From Streptomyces phage Comrade, in sequence record MH651172.1: a stretch of DNA of 40,000 nt, one strand, 5' to 3'. The notes beneath the pieces are model-generated. The model did not search any database. It saw only the letters and a program-made list of their open reading frames with translations, and was not told where the DNA came from. Position 1 is the first letter of the stretch, and every line of letters starts with the position of its first letter. This document shows, piece by piece, positions 9,401 through 17,700 of the stretch. A program made the position numbers and the translations under genes.

Positions 9401-9885
9401 GTGGAAATGGATATCGTTCATACGGTCGATACATTGTAATTCAGGGTGGTAACGAAAAGACTCTGTATGCTCACCTTTCTGACCGTGGAGTTGGTGTTGG
9501 TCGTCAGGTTCGTGCCGGACAGCTAATTGGTTATTCTGGTAACACAGGTAATTCAAGTGGTCCCCACCTTCACTTTGAGACATGGAGAAATGGTAAGACC
9601 GTTTCGCCGGGTGCTTTCGGAATTCCTGGAATGAAGACTGGTGGATTTACATTGAATGACGGTTTGGCAATGCTTCACAAGAATGAGACTGTTCTTACAG
9701 CTCCACTTTCAGAGCAGCTTAAGTCTGGAATTCAGAATATTGACCAGGGTACTAATAATGAGTACAATGTAAGTATTACATTCGAAGGCCCTGTGAATTC
9801 AGAACTGGACATTGAGCGTGCAGTTACAAAGGCTATTAATAAGCGAGAAAGTAAGCTAGGTAGGAATAGGAGTATCACAACGTGA
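3466..9885 (+). CDS. tape measure protein with C-terminal SLT-like and M23 peptidase domains
   Basis: The 2110-aa ORF listed from ATG 3553 extends upstream in frame to just after TAA 3459 (LIEIENIQIRFSGSANFREVYGEVTRLNQQ...). Start codon uncertain; ATT 3466 or ATA 3472 sit near AAGGA. C-terminal motifs: DNIIAIMTAMQESTLRNLTYGDRDSVGLFQQR (SLT-like) and YIVIQGGNEKTLYAHLS...GYSGNTGNSSGPHLHFE (M23). Confidence 0.9.
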   Translation: MEIENIQIRFSGSANFREVYGEVTRLNQQLQIMQRTMASGALSMADVNTARAGFTQAANATGQLATQAVRARTETSLLTEAIAKGDLGYRQSMRVRQQFNNILREQYQLQRATAVQWTQSTNGRMTADLVIPRTASAAMNAYTGSIAANSRALITNIGNMTAWSAAARVMQMRIGLASAAMVASSEAMVKWGKNTQWAGRQLMVGFTIPLMAFGAVAGKAAYDVDAAMTRIAKVYDTTATSVAGKQRELDSLRSESMNMATQVAKKYGQSVKDTLDIEAQLAATGLKGQELQQSTVQVTRAATLGELDRQDAIKATISLQSVYNAEWQKTGGLAKNTAEAFEYMNAMENATSLSMQDFVEAIPRGAGVLKGLGVGLREMGPLLVALRQQGISAAEGMNGLRSSAQRLLLITPQAEDMWSKYLPNKGTLQSIVDQTEGQFIPTLEKMADAMEGLKPYQRQQILTKVFNVYQNNKMLAVLDGLTNKTGQVATAFKVMNQDATKNALTAQQELDRMAESASGKFKRALENLKAQMAVLGEPFLEAASEIVGFISKLVDMFNAMPGPLKKFLSYMVIFGAIVGPIIMLVGLFANLIGNIFKLAGTVGVLLSRFRPLTMEQRAQQLLANQSSLAWNNQARAAQALSMQLTTLTAQMERTAIAQMQMNGTAITRFGNTTPNYATNIGGIGPAAPPTNSPYGVNAAGRNYNTTTGRLVSQAEVNAYASAQAAAARSSAQTAANTTTTRRNWSGIATSMGAVGVAAAGMALMTGSSSQMMNNIMAAVLAASLLGPMLVKAFRSAGIAAAAANVAGAFSFGRATGAAAGAGRAGAVGQGLLAALPAAGRLGMVIARFAGPAGLLATGAYMAYKLYGNMKKGIETQKRINESAKDWGDILGFVYHEAGEITTQEGKTKSTLDAQVTKMKEKNKELVKSLQLAKAAGDQEKAVNLAISEGLKVRNHGGSANDAMNAARISLRAAGYTSQEIEPLIQEIKVKVNFEDAKSTMKAQMKEFASTFNKVANNEFGQGGWEGFTRAFSGTGEINQNAAERGKGMAKEFWTAFQAQNDMSSRRNYFDEFYKSVGKENKIAWGRLGNDNREDLKKAGIESWREFANAYRDAQDMTDIEFRNTWADGDIEKANELKRALRGLGGETREYAEKHMDAEKFVAREIAKKNNMSDEEIKKIHSLDDLYGKLDMALMTVADAQATYKRVLSQAYRDQGNLSKKEQLRILNIYRVNAGLEKAKSVEQGFGDVIDSTTGKVKDNASALQEAAVSVDDWNNSRQKAMSGAMDTVLSEADEIWQERADREISAIEASGERRENALDSAAERQDARFDARAEAADKRFDKRSKNLDKRWDKIMEDFDNRWDARIKREEAAYNKKIDNIKKAIAAEEKAEETRQKIFEAEKTRMERMAAMANQNIDFNVAVNTGNLDEAAKIANNMQSTTDSWTLDDAAASSQDQSDARKQKMEGQITTLEAQRDKRIESLKKVEEAEKKALEAKKAREQEALAAERERYNKALEAERERYRKGIEAQKKAIQEQTRRDVEAKRKELDRMKKTLEQELLAVRASIPRNKKEYQKQISTIEGLYKKYGVNLKSQGNRWADTIGNALTSHVKEAAADIKNKIAWGSVANKVTQEMVDGGFNLTTSQFMKWVTTGELPKSYKAPSKPKTRHKGGPVSGNSKYDNRGGRHWGAGLRRDESFALLKNDEYVLNGKAHKMLGTSNLDRINKGDVGTGGIGGASDGLGLLGAFAAGMEGMYESAAQMAIESAGNQAMGFGIDGMAIAGAAGMYGNVRLSNEQLSNAAAIIGVGKSLGATTRDNIIAIMTAMQESTLRNLTYGDRDSVGLFQQRNAWGSFADRTNPSKAARMFFLGGAAGQRGLFDFPNRAKMSLAQAAQAVQVSAFPSAYAKWEDMARAVVSGTGFQPFGGTGGGTKRRPVNSPVSRSYANHSNLPRATDFGSPVGTPVRAAMNGVVTTSADLRSGNGYRSYGRYIVIQGGNEKTLYAHLSDRGVGVGRQVRAGQLIGYSGNTGNSSGPHLHFETWRNGKTVSPGAFGIPGMKTGGFTLNDGLAMLHKNETVLTAPLSEQLKSGIQNIDQGTNNEYNVSITFEGPVNSELDIERAVTKAINKRESKLGRNRSITT
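7447..7578 (+). repeat. Four 11-residue (33-nt) coding repeats in the tape measure coiled coil
   Basis: RFDARAEAADK / RFDKRSKNLDK / RWDKIMEDFDN / RWDARIKREEA. Confidence 0.75.
7972..8070 (+). repeat. Second 11-residue repeat block in the tape measure protein
   Basis: ALAAERERYNK / ALEAERERYRK / GIEAQKKAIQE. Confidence 0.6.
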
Positions 9886-10283
9886 TTATTACGATGCCCC
9901 GCCCACGACTGATGCGATGGAATGGTAATGCAATTACTGACCATAACAGAGCGCAGCTTAGCATTGACGTAGAGAGGCTTGAGAAGAAGCAAAGAATGGC
10001 AAACGGTACTTTGCGTAAGTACATTGTTGCCGACAAGCGCAACTTCTCAACCTCTTGGTCAATGCTTCCCAAGCTGTCTACTCAGACAGTTGATGGATTT
10101 TGGGGTGCAGAAGCAATTGAACAGTTTTATAACACCGTTACTGGTTCGTTCTCTCTAGAGCTTACCGATGGTGATGGCGAGGTTTATGATTACACCGTCA
10201 TGTTTGCAGATTTCTCAAAGTCTGTTACAAAGCGCGGAAGCGTTGACTTTTGGGAAGTCTCAGTAAGTTTGGAAGAGGTCTAA
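9882..10283 (+). CDS. minor tail protein (distal-tail-like, small)
   Basis: 133-aa ORF, GTG start overlapping the tape measure stop; located between tape measure and large tail protein. Confidence 0.55.
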   Translation: MIITMPRPRLMRWNGNAITDHNRAQLSIDVERLEKKQRMANGTLRKYIVADKRNFSTSWSMLPKLSTQTVDGFWGAEAIEQFYNTVTGSFSLELTDGDGEVYDYTVMFADFSKSVTKRGSVDFWEVSVSLEEV

Positions 10284-13200
10284 TGCAGAGTTCAACATCG
10301 TTCCTTCAGAATGCTCTGAAGCAGGGTGAAGACCTTCGTCCAGCGGTCAGGGTAATTGCTGAGTGGAACCATAACAGATACACTAAGGTTTCCACCATTG
10401 ATAATTACCAGTACCCTGAAAAGACGAATGGCTACGACCTTGACATGTATCCGATTGAGACAATCATCAATCCTATTCGTCCAACGGCGGGTCTTTTGAA
10501 GGCTCGTGCCGGTGAAGGTGCCGTTGTTCAAGGATATGCTGATACAGTTCGTGGATATAGGACATACACAGCAGACCCGGATTCTAAATACAAGTATTGG
10601 ACTGGTCCAGCTCAGGCTAACACAACGCCTTATTCGGGCGGTGGCTACACATTGCCTGAACCAGTTAGACCACATATTGTATATGAAAATTCGGTGCTAA
10701 CCAACAAGATTTATATCTGCATTGAAGATTCTTGGGCCAGACCTCAGAAGTATGACATTCAGATTACAACCAATGGAACTACTTGGACGACAGTTGCGTC
10801 AGACATTGTAACAAACTCAAAGGGGCAGGTTTTGCTCTATCTTCAGGATGACAATTCTTGGACGAGCACCGTTACAAGAAATAGCGCAATGTACATCAAG
10901 GGAATTAAGCTCGATGTAAAGTCTATGAACAGAATCCATTCCTGGTTCAATCTAGTTGAGCTTGGTGCTCGTCTTGAGAAGGATTTGTCTGACCGACTAA
11001 TTGACTTCTCTACCAGCAATGAGCTTGGCGATACAGACTTCATTACTCCAATGGGAACCATTAGTTCTAACAATGCAAGTGTCACTTTGTCTAATTACGA
11101 TGGAATTTTTAATTTCGATAATGAGTCATCTCCTTATCATGGTCTAATTGATGCTAATGCTAAGTTCACAATTGATTTCGGAATTGATGTTTCTGATTGG
11201 GGTGGTACTGGAATTGAGTATATTCGTGTTGCCACAATGTATTCAGAAAATTGGGGCGGTAACGAAGAACAGGCCGAAGTTGCATTGAAGGATGCATCAA
11301 AGTTCCTACAGGAGATTAAGCCCTTGCCAGAACTGATGGAAAATGTAACCATTGGTATGGCTATTTGGCGTATGCTTGATTCCATTGGATTCATTGATTA
11401 TGAGTACACGAGAACAGCAGAGATTGCTTCAAACAACATTCCATATTTTTGGACGGATGACGAGAAGACTGTATGGGATAACATTCAGGACCTTTGTCGT
11501 GTAACTCAGTCTGCATGTTATTTCGATGAGCATGGAATCCTTCAGATTAAGACTCGTGATTCTGCCTTTAATAAGACAGCGCCGGTTTCTTGGACATTTG
11601 ATTATGCCCAGAATGGCTCTAAGCGCCCGGACATTGTCAGTGTTGATGTGACCAATAGCTATGAGGCAAACAAGGTTACCGTGAAGTATCAGACGACTAC
11701 CCTAGCACAGGATGCTCAGGGCCGTCCAATCTCAGAGGTAATCTGGCAGCCAGAGGATACCATTGTTCTTCGTAGCTCTGCACTGACTACTTTCTTGAGT
11801 AAGACAGACACGAAGTTCTGGATTGATAAGAAGGATGTAACGTCTTGGCCTTATGAAGGAATGGTCAATATTCGTGGTGAGCTTATCAAGTATAAGGGTA
11901 AGGGCTACCGCTATTACAAGAAGGGCGGGTCATATACCGGAAATATTGATAATGACACAATCTTCAAGGTCATTTATTCTAGTGACGAGAAGTTGCAGAT
12001 TGATAATGAGCTTTCCAATCCAGACCATAGCTGGAGAAATTATTTCACCGGCTATATGAGGGTTGAGGAGCGAGGCTATGACTCTACAACTGCTCAGGAC
12101 CACGACCTTATTCAGGATGTTTGGCTAACCAACGGGTCGTACTTTGGGCTTGAGGGTGGAACTCAGAAGTTGTGGAATGGTGGAACTAAGTTCATGCCAG
12201 CAGACTCAAAGTTGCGACTTCAGTCTACGGGAAAGAAGGCTGGTGGAAATCATTGGTATACGGCGCGTAGAGGTGCTTGGACTGGTGAGTCTCCAAAGTT
12301 TATTGGAACCAGAATGATGTTCCCTTCAAACCCTAAGGGCAAGCATACTGCTGCCGGAATTTGGGTTTGGGGAAATACAGCTCAGAATAACATGTATGCT
12401 ATCGACTTGAAGTGTACAAAGAATATCGACAGAAAAACTCATAACGAAGTTCGTGTTCTTAAGCGTCGAAACGGTTCTGTTACTTCTATCGGGGGTAAGG
12501 GAGCAACCGTTGCAATTGACTACGATAAGTGGTATGACGTTGATGTTGTTGTAACGTCTACGGCCAGATTTACTGTTTATATTAATGGCGTTTTGGTTAT
12601 GAATGTTATCGATAATGGAACTGATATTCCTATTTCAGGTAGAGCCGGATTGTATGTAAGAGGAGATTGTGTAACAGACTTCGAATACTACTACATGATG
12701 GCTGATGGTGGAATTCAGGAAACAGACCTGGATAACTCTTCATATCTGGACATTATTCGGGGCGGGTATTTCTCTAATCAGTATTACCGTGACTTTGTTA
12801 CTCGTACAAGGGTAGCTCAGAGACGTAGAGGAAAGAAGACCATCAAGTATACTCAGTGGTATGACCAGAGGTATTTTGATGAGTTTGGCCATCAGGTTCA
12901 CGAATACCGACCTTATGAAATTACATTCGATAAGAAGCCGGTTTTGTATTCAACTCTGTACGTCAGCAATGATGCTCAGATTGTAACAGATGAATATATC
13001 CATAACCCATATGGAGCAAAGTTCATTGTGGCTAATGCTTCCAGAATTAATTCTGTGGCAAACGGGGAGGACACTCTTACCTATGGAGCTGACAACCCGG
13101 TTGAACAGAAGATGATGATTACTGGACGAACAATTCAGCAAGCAGAATCGGAAGATTACGAGGTAAAGAACGAACAGGCAATTCGTGCCCGTGGAGAAAT

Positions 13201-13471
13201 CGACATCGAGTTCTCTTCTCCTTGGATTCAGTCTGAGGCAGCCGCTAAGGCTTTGGGTGACTGGATTGTTGATAACTGGTCCGAGCCTTGTGATGAAATT
13301 CAGCTTGAGGTGTTCGGTAACCCTCTTATTCAAATCGGTGATGTGGTTGCTGTCAACTATCCACCAAAGAATATGGCTGCTGCTACCCACAAGTATTTTG
13401 TGATTAGCGTAGACCAGGCTTGGGACAATGGTTTGACAACCAATTTGTCATTGCGTAGAGCACGTATTTGA
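10283..13471 (+). CDS. large minor tail protein with concanavalin/LamG-like segment
   Basis: ATG 10283 overlaps the previous TAA (TAATG) with GAAGAGG upstream, better than the TTG at 10250. Segment RMMFPSNPKGKHTAAGIWVWGNTAQNNMYAIDLK...YDKWYDVDVVVTSTARFTVYINGVLVMNVID resembles a jelly-roll lectin-like domain. Confidence 0.75.
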   Translation: MQSSTSFLQNALKQGEDLRPAVRVIAEWNHNRYTKVSTIDNYQYPEKTNGYDLDMYPIETIINPIRPTAGLLKARAGEGAVVQGYADTVRGYRTYTADPDSKYKYWTGPAQANTTPYSGGGYTLPEPVRPHIVYENSVLTNKIYICIEDSWARPQKYDIQITTNGTTWTTVASDIVTNSKGQVLLYLQDDNSWTSTVTRNSAMYIKGIKLDVKSMNRIHSWFNLVELGARLEKDLSDRLIDFSTSNELGDTDFITPMGTISSNNASVTLSNYDGIFNFDNESSPYHGLIDANAKFTIDFGIDVSDWGGTGIEYIRVATMYSENWGGNEEQAEVALKDASKFLQEIKPLPELMENVTIGMAIWRMLDSIGFIDYEYTRTAEIASNNIPYFWTDDEKTVWDNIQDLCRVTQSACYFDEHGILQIKTRDSAFNKTAPVSWTFDYAQNGSKRPDIVSVDVTNSYEANKVTVKYQTTTLAQDAQGRPISEVIWQPEDTIVLRSSALTTFLSKTDTKFWIDKKDVTSWPYEGMVNIRGELIKYKGKGYRYYKKGGSYTGNIDNDTIFKVIYSSDEKLQIDNELSNPDHSWRNYFTGYMRVEERGYDSTTAQDHDLIQDVWLTNGSYFGLEGGTQKLWNGGTKFMPADSKLRLQSTGKKAGGNHWYTARRGAWTGESPKFIGTRMMFPSNPKGKHTAAGIWVWGNTAQNNMYAIDLKCTKNIDRKTHNEVRVLKRRNGSVTSIGGKGATVAIDYDKWYDVDVVVTSTARFTVYINGVLVMNVIDNGTDIPISGRAGLYVRGDCVTDFEYYYMMADGGIQETDLDNSSYLDIIRGGYFSNQYYRDFVTRTRVAQRRRGKKTIKYTQWYDQRYFDEFGHQVHEYRPYEITFDKKPVLYSTLYVSNDAQIVTDEYIHNPYGAKFIVANASRINSVANGEDTLTYGADNPVEQKMMITGRTIQQAESEDYEVKNEQAIRARGEIDIEFSSPWIQSEAAAKALGDWIVDNWSEPCDEIQLEVFGNPLIQIGDVVAVNYPPKNMAAATHKYFVISVDQAWDNGLTTNLSLRRARI

Positions 13472-13496
13472 CTTTCACTTGACCGAAAGATATAAT
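13468..13496 (+). promoter_or_regulatory. Putative strong promoter, predicted leaderless
   Basis: TTGACT (13468-13473), 17-nt spacer, TATAAT (13491-13496); ATG at 13504 is 7 nt after the -10. Confidence 0.75.
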
Positions 13497-13503
13497 TATC
13501 AAT

Positions 13504-13884
13504 ATGGACCAAATTAAAAGCACTAATGTCATCAAGGCACCCGAAGTGGTGCTCAATCCGGTATTCTTCCTTCCACCGGATGTTGTTGACGTGCGCGTCG
13601 GAGATACATCAGACCCAGTTGAGGAAGATGGCGTTACCTATGATGATGTCATTGATGCTGATGATGTACTCACAGATGAAGATTTGGCCACGGACCCAGG
13701 ACCCGAAGTTCCTGTTGACGACGATGGGGAGGGAGCAGAAGTGCTCCCTACTCCTCAGTGGATGAACATCATTGACCAGCAGGTTAGAATTGCTCCGGAC
13801 GGTAAGGCTGTCGTTGATGTTGTAATTGAGCTTGAAGATGTTTCGGGCGCAACAGAATACGACGTAAGGATTACCAAGTCATGA
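13504..13884 (+). CDS. hypothetical acidic protein of the tail gene cluster
   Basis: 126-aa ORF rich in D/E/P, overlaps the next gene; no family recognised. Confidence 0.7.
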   Translation: MDQIKSTNVIKAPEVVLNPVFFLPPDVVDVRVGDTSDPVEEDGVTYDDVIDADDVLTDEDLATDPGPEVPVDDDGEGAEVLPTPQWMNIIDQQVRIAPDGKAVVDVVIELEDVSGATEYDVRITKS

Positions 13885-14777
13885 GAGGCGTATACAGATT
13901 TTATCAGGATGGCAACCTAATTGCCGAGCAGCCGAACCTCATTACAACTGAGGGACAGCGGCTTATTTTGCGCTACCTAGCTGGACAGTCCCCTTCCCTT
14001 GGTGCTGCTATTGGTATCGGGGTTTCTTCCGTTGCTGCTACAGTAAACGATACAATGCTCGGGTTTGAAGTTGAAAGGGTTCCTGTCAATCTTAGGAATG
14101 CAGATTACACCAATACAATGGTTATCTTCAAGGGTACTATTGACCAGGATGTTGTTGTCAATATCTATGAAATGGGATTGTGGTCAGCGGCGGCTAATAA
14201 TTTGAGCGGAGAGTTTGACTCCCGCCTTCTTACAACTTTCGACCTTGAGCTTGAACCTTGGTCAAATGTAGTAGCTGACACAACTGCTAACAGAACAAGC
14301 GTTGATGCTGTCAGGGTGAATGCTGGAATTAGTTCAACAACAAATGCATCTCTGGATGTAGATATGGACCTTTCCGGGTATTCAGCAAATGACACATTCT
14401 TGCTGGCTTTCAGTAAGCCAAACAACAACATTAACACAATTAAGCTTATCTTTGAAGATGTTATCGGTGGCGGTAATGCTTCACTAACCAAGACTGTTTC
14501 TTCTCTTGGTACAGGATACAATATCCTTCAGTTCCGAAAGGGAGATTTCACAATCACAGGTACATTTAGTTGGGAAACGATTACACGAATGTCATTTGAT
14601 GTAACTGCTGGAGGAACGGCGGGTTATGTGATTCTAGATGGTCTTCGTGTAGAAGACCTAGACACACCAAACCAAGACTTTACACTTGTTTCCCACGCTA
14701 TCCTTGGAAGCCCTATTCAGAAGACAAATGTGGCTCCAATGGATGTAGAATATGCATTGGACTTTAACGTAACATGA
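13881..14777 (+). CDS. minor tail protein
   Basis: 298-aa ORF, beta-rich, ATGA overlap with neighbours, in the tail cluster. Confidence 0.65.
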   Translation: MRGVYRFYQDGNLIAEQPNLITTEGQRLILRYLAGQSPSLGAAIGIGVSSVAATVNDTMLGFEVERVPVNLRNADYTNTMVIFKGTIDQDVVVNIYEMGLWSAAANNLSGEFDSRLLTTFDLELEPWSNVVADTTANRTSVDAVRVNAGISSTTNASLDVDMDLSGYSANDTFLLAFSKPNNNINTIKLIFEDVIGGGNASLTKTVSSLGTGYNILQFRKGDFTITGTFSWETITRMSFDVTAGGTAGYVILDGLRVEDLDTPNQDFTLVSHAILGSPIQKTNVAPMDVEYALDFNVT

Positions 14778-17700
14778 GTAGAATTCTTCTAAGAGACCTA
14801 GAGCCTGGCAGGCTGTATCACATTCAGGCGAGAGCCACGAATGGTGAGCAGTCTTCTCAGTGGTCCCAGTTGTGGGACCTTCAGACTACCAGCGACATTA
14901 TGCCGCCAGCCGTACCTTCTGCCCTTTCTTGGGTTGTTGAGGGAACGGCTTTTAAGGCTGTCTGGACTGGTCCAACAACAAATCAGGATGGTTCTGACCT
15001 TCGTGATTTCAAGGACTTCCAGGTAAAGATTTATTCACCTGCAAATCCGGGGGTTATTGCAACATACTACACAACCTCTGCTCGATTCGACCTTCCCTTT
15101 GAACTTAACGTAAATGCTCTAGGAACCCCAAGAGCACAGGTTGTTATTGAGGTGCGTGCTAGAGACAATACAGGCAATCTATCTGTTGCTGCAACTGCGA
15201 CAGCCACAAACCCGGCCCCAGCAAATGTTACTGGATTTACTGCCACTGGAATCACTGACGCCATTTCCCTCAAGTGGGATGCTAATCCTGATACAGACCT
15301 AAAGTATTACCAGGTTTATCAGGGCACTTCTGCGGGTGCCGAAAACACACTCGTATACACAGGACTTTCTAATTCCTTTGTATTTGACACCATCTCCACT
15401 AACCCACAATACTTCAAGATTTTTGCGGTTGACGTATTCAATACACAGTCAGCAACTGCGGCAACAGCCAACGCAACCGCAAAATCATCTTTGGCAGTAG
15501 ACGTTAATCCACCGAACGCTCCAACAGGTGTAACAGTTACTTCAGCTCTAGACACTTCTGACCCTTCTGGTGGAAGGGTTTACATTGACGTGTCATGGAC
15601 TGGAGTTGCCGATACAGACCTGCAAAACTATAGTGTTCGATACAGTACCGGAACAACCTGGGAGTACATTAACGTTCCCGAAGGTGTTACGACTGCTCGC
15701 ATTAATGGTCTTCGTCCAAATACCAATTACAATGTTGCGGTTGCTGCCGTAGACTATTCTGGAAATTCTAGCTCATACACGAATGCCGGAACATATCCAA
15801 TTCTGACAGCAAAGGATACTTCCGCACCTGTTGCCCCTACTGGAGTAACTGTTGGCGCGGGTGTTACAACAATGACTGTCTACTGGAATGAGAATGCAGA
15901 AAATGACGTTAAGGGTGGAGTCGGCTATTACGAAATTCAGCTAGACACAGCTAACACGTTCAATACAGCCAATCTAATTTCTAAGCAGACCAGCGGAACA
16001 ATTACTTCGTTCTCCAATCTGACATCCAACACAGCTTACTACACGCGCGTACGCGCGGTAGATGCTTCTGGAAATGTTGGTGCGTATTCTTCTATTGTTT
16101 CTGGAACTCCTCGCTACATTGCTAATGCAGATATCCAGGCCGGTACCATTAACGGTGACCGTATTACTGCTGCGACAATTAATGGTGATAGAGTAATCGC
16201 AAACAGCCTTGATGCAAATACCATCAAGGCTAATACGACATTCTCTCAGAACCTCACTGTTGGTTCTACCTTCACCATCGGTACCAGCGGTATTATGAAG
16301 AGCGCAAATTATGTTGCGGGCTCTGCGGGATGGCAGCTAACAAACAACACTCTGGAAATTAACCAGGGTACTATTCGGGCTGCTGCGCTTCAGCTTCAGA
16401 ATGGTCACAACATGCTCCATCCTGCCTACGCAGACTTTGAGTTTGTAAAGTCATGGTACACAAGCAACCTCATCACATTCAATGATGGAGGAGTTTCGAC
16501 GTGGGCTATTTCAGATGCCGTAGACGTAGTTGGAAAGTATAACAGTCAGTGTATCAAGACTTCGTGGACTGGTGTTGGAACGTTCTCAAGAGTTTACCTT
16601 GGTCCGACATTTACAACTTACAATGTCCAGCTTGAGGCTAACACAGATTACATCTTTTCCGGGTGGGTTTATGTAAAGACTGGTGCTGGCGCAAAGACGG
16701 CTGCCCTAGGAATCAAGCTAGCAGATGCTACATTCCCTGGTCCAGTTGGAAATACTTCAATTCCGGCAACATCAACATGGACCCGAATTTGGGGTACATT
16801 TAATTCTGGAACTCAGACAAGTGCCGAGCTTTATCTGTCACAGTACACTTCAGGAGATATGTACTGGGATGGTCTACAGCTTGAAAAGAAGGTCACTGCT
16901 GACACAACTCCTTCTCAGTGGAAGCCACCGGGCTCTACCTCTATTGATGGTGGAATTATTCGCACGGGTTCTATTCAGTCAACTGCTTCAGCAAATGGTC
17001 TAGGTGGTCAGCCAGCATGGTCAATTAACATGGCTGGTAATGCTCAGCTTGGTGATGCGAATATTCGTGGACGCCTTGTTGTTGGTGACCCAAGCAACCC
17101 ATCGGCAGATGGTGCTAATAGCCGAATTCATTCTGCTAACTATTCTGCTGGTACAACTGGATGGATTATTCGTAATGATGGGTATGCTGAATTCCGTCAG
17201 CTAGCAGTCAACTCAATCAAGGTTACCGCTTTTGACTCTCCATTCCAGAATGCAGCAAATGCCAAGTTGTTCGACTACATGCAGGATGCTACTCTATGGC
17301 TGACTTATGGTGCTGTGACTCAGAAGACCGACCCTGGTGCTTATTCCGCAGAGTCTCTATTTGAGTTCACTGGACCGGGTGTTGTTCTTCGTAATGGTAC
17401 TGGTGTTCAGAGAATCGCTTATGACCCAACCATTCTATATAGAATTTCAGCCCGTATTCGTGCTTATGACGTAGCTACGCTAAACGCTAACTCTGGATTT
17501 GAAACTAACCTTACTGGTTGGTGGAATTATGCTAGCACAACCATTACACGTGATACCGCAAAGAAGTTTGCCGGTGTGGCCTCTATGGCTATGGCTCAGG
17601 CTGGTTCTTCTGTTGGTGTTTATGGTGCTGGAACAACAGTTTCCGTTAAGGCTGGTAGGACTTACACATTCAGTGCTCGTGTTCTACCAAATACCACAGT

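Noticed and set aside
10250-10282. TTG 10250 as the start of the 1073-aa tail protein
   Set aside because: ATG 10283 overlaps the upstream TAA and has a well-placed GAAGAGG; the TTG start would overlap the upstream gene by 34 nt without a clear ribosome binding site.
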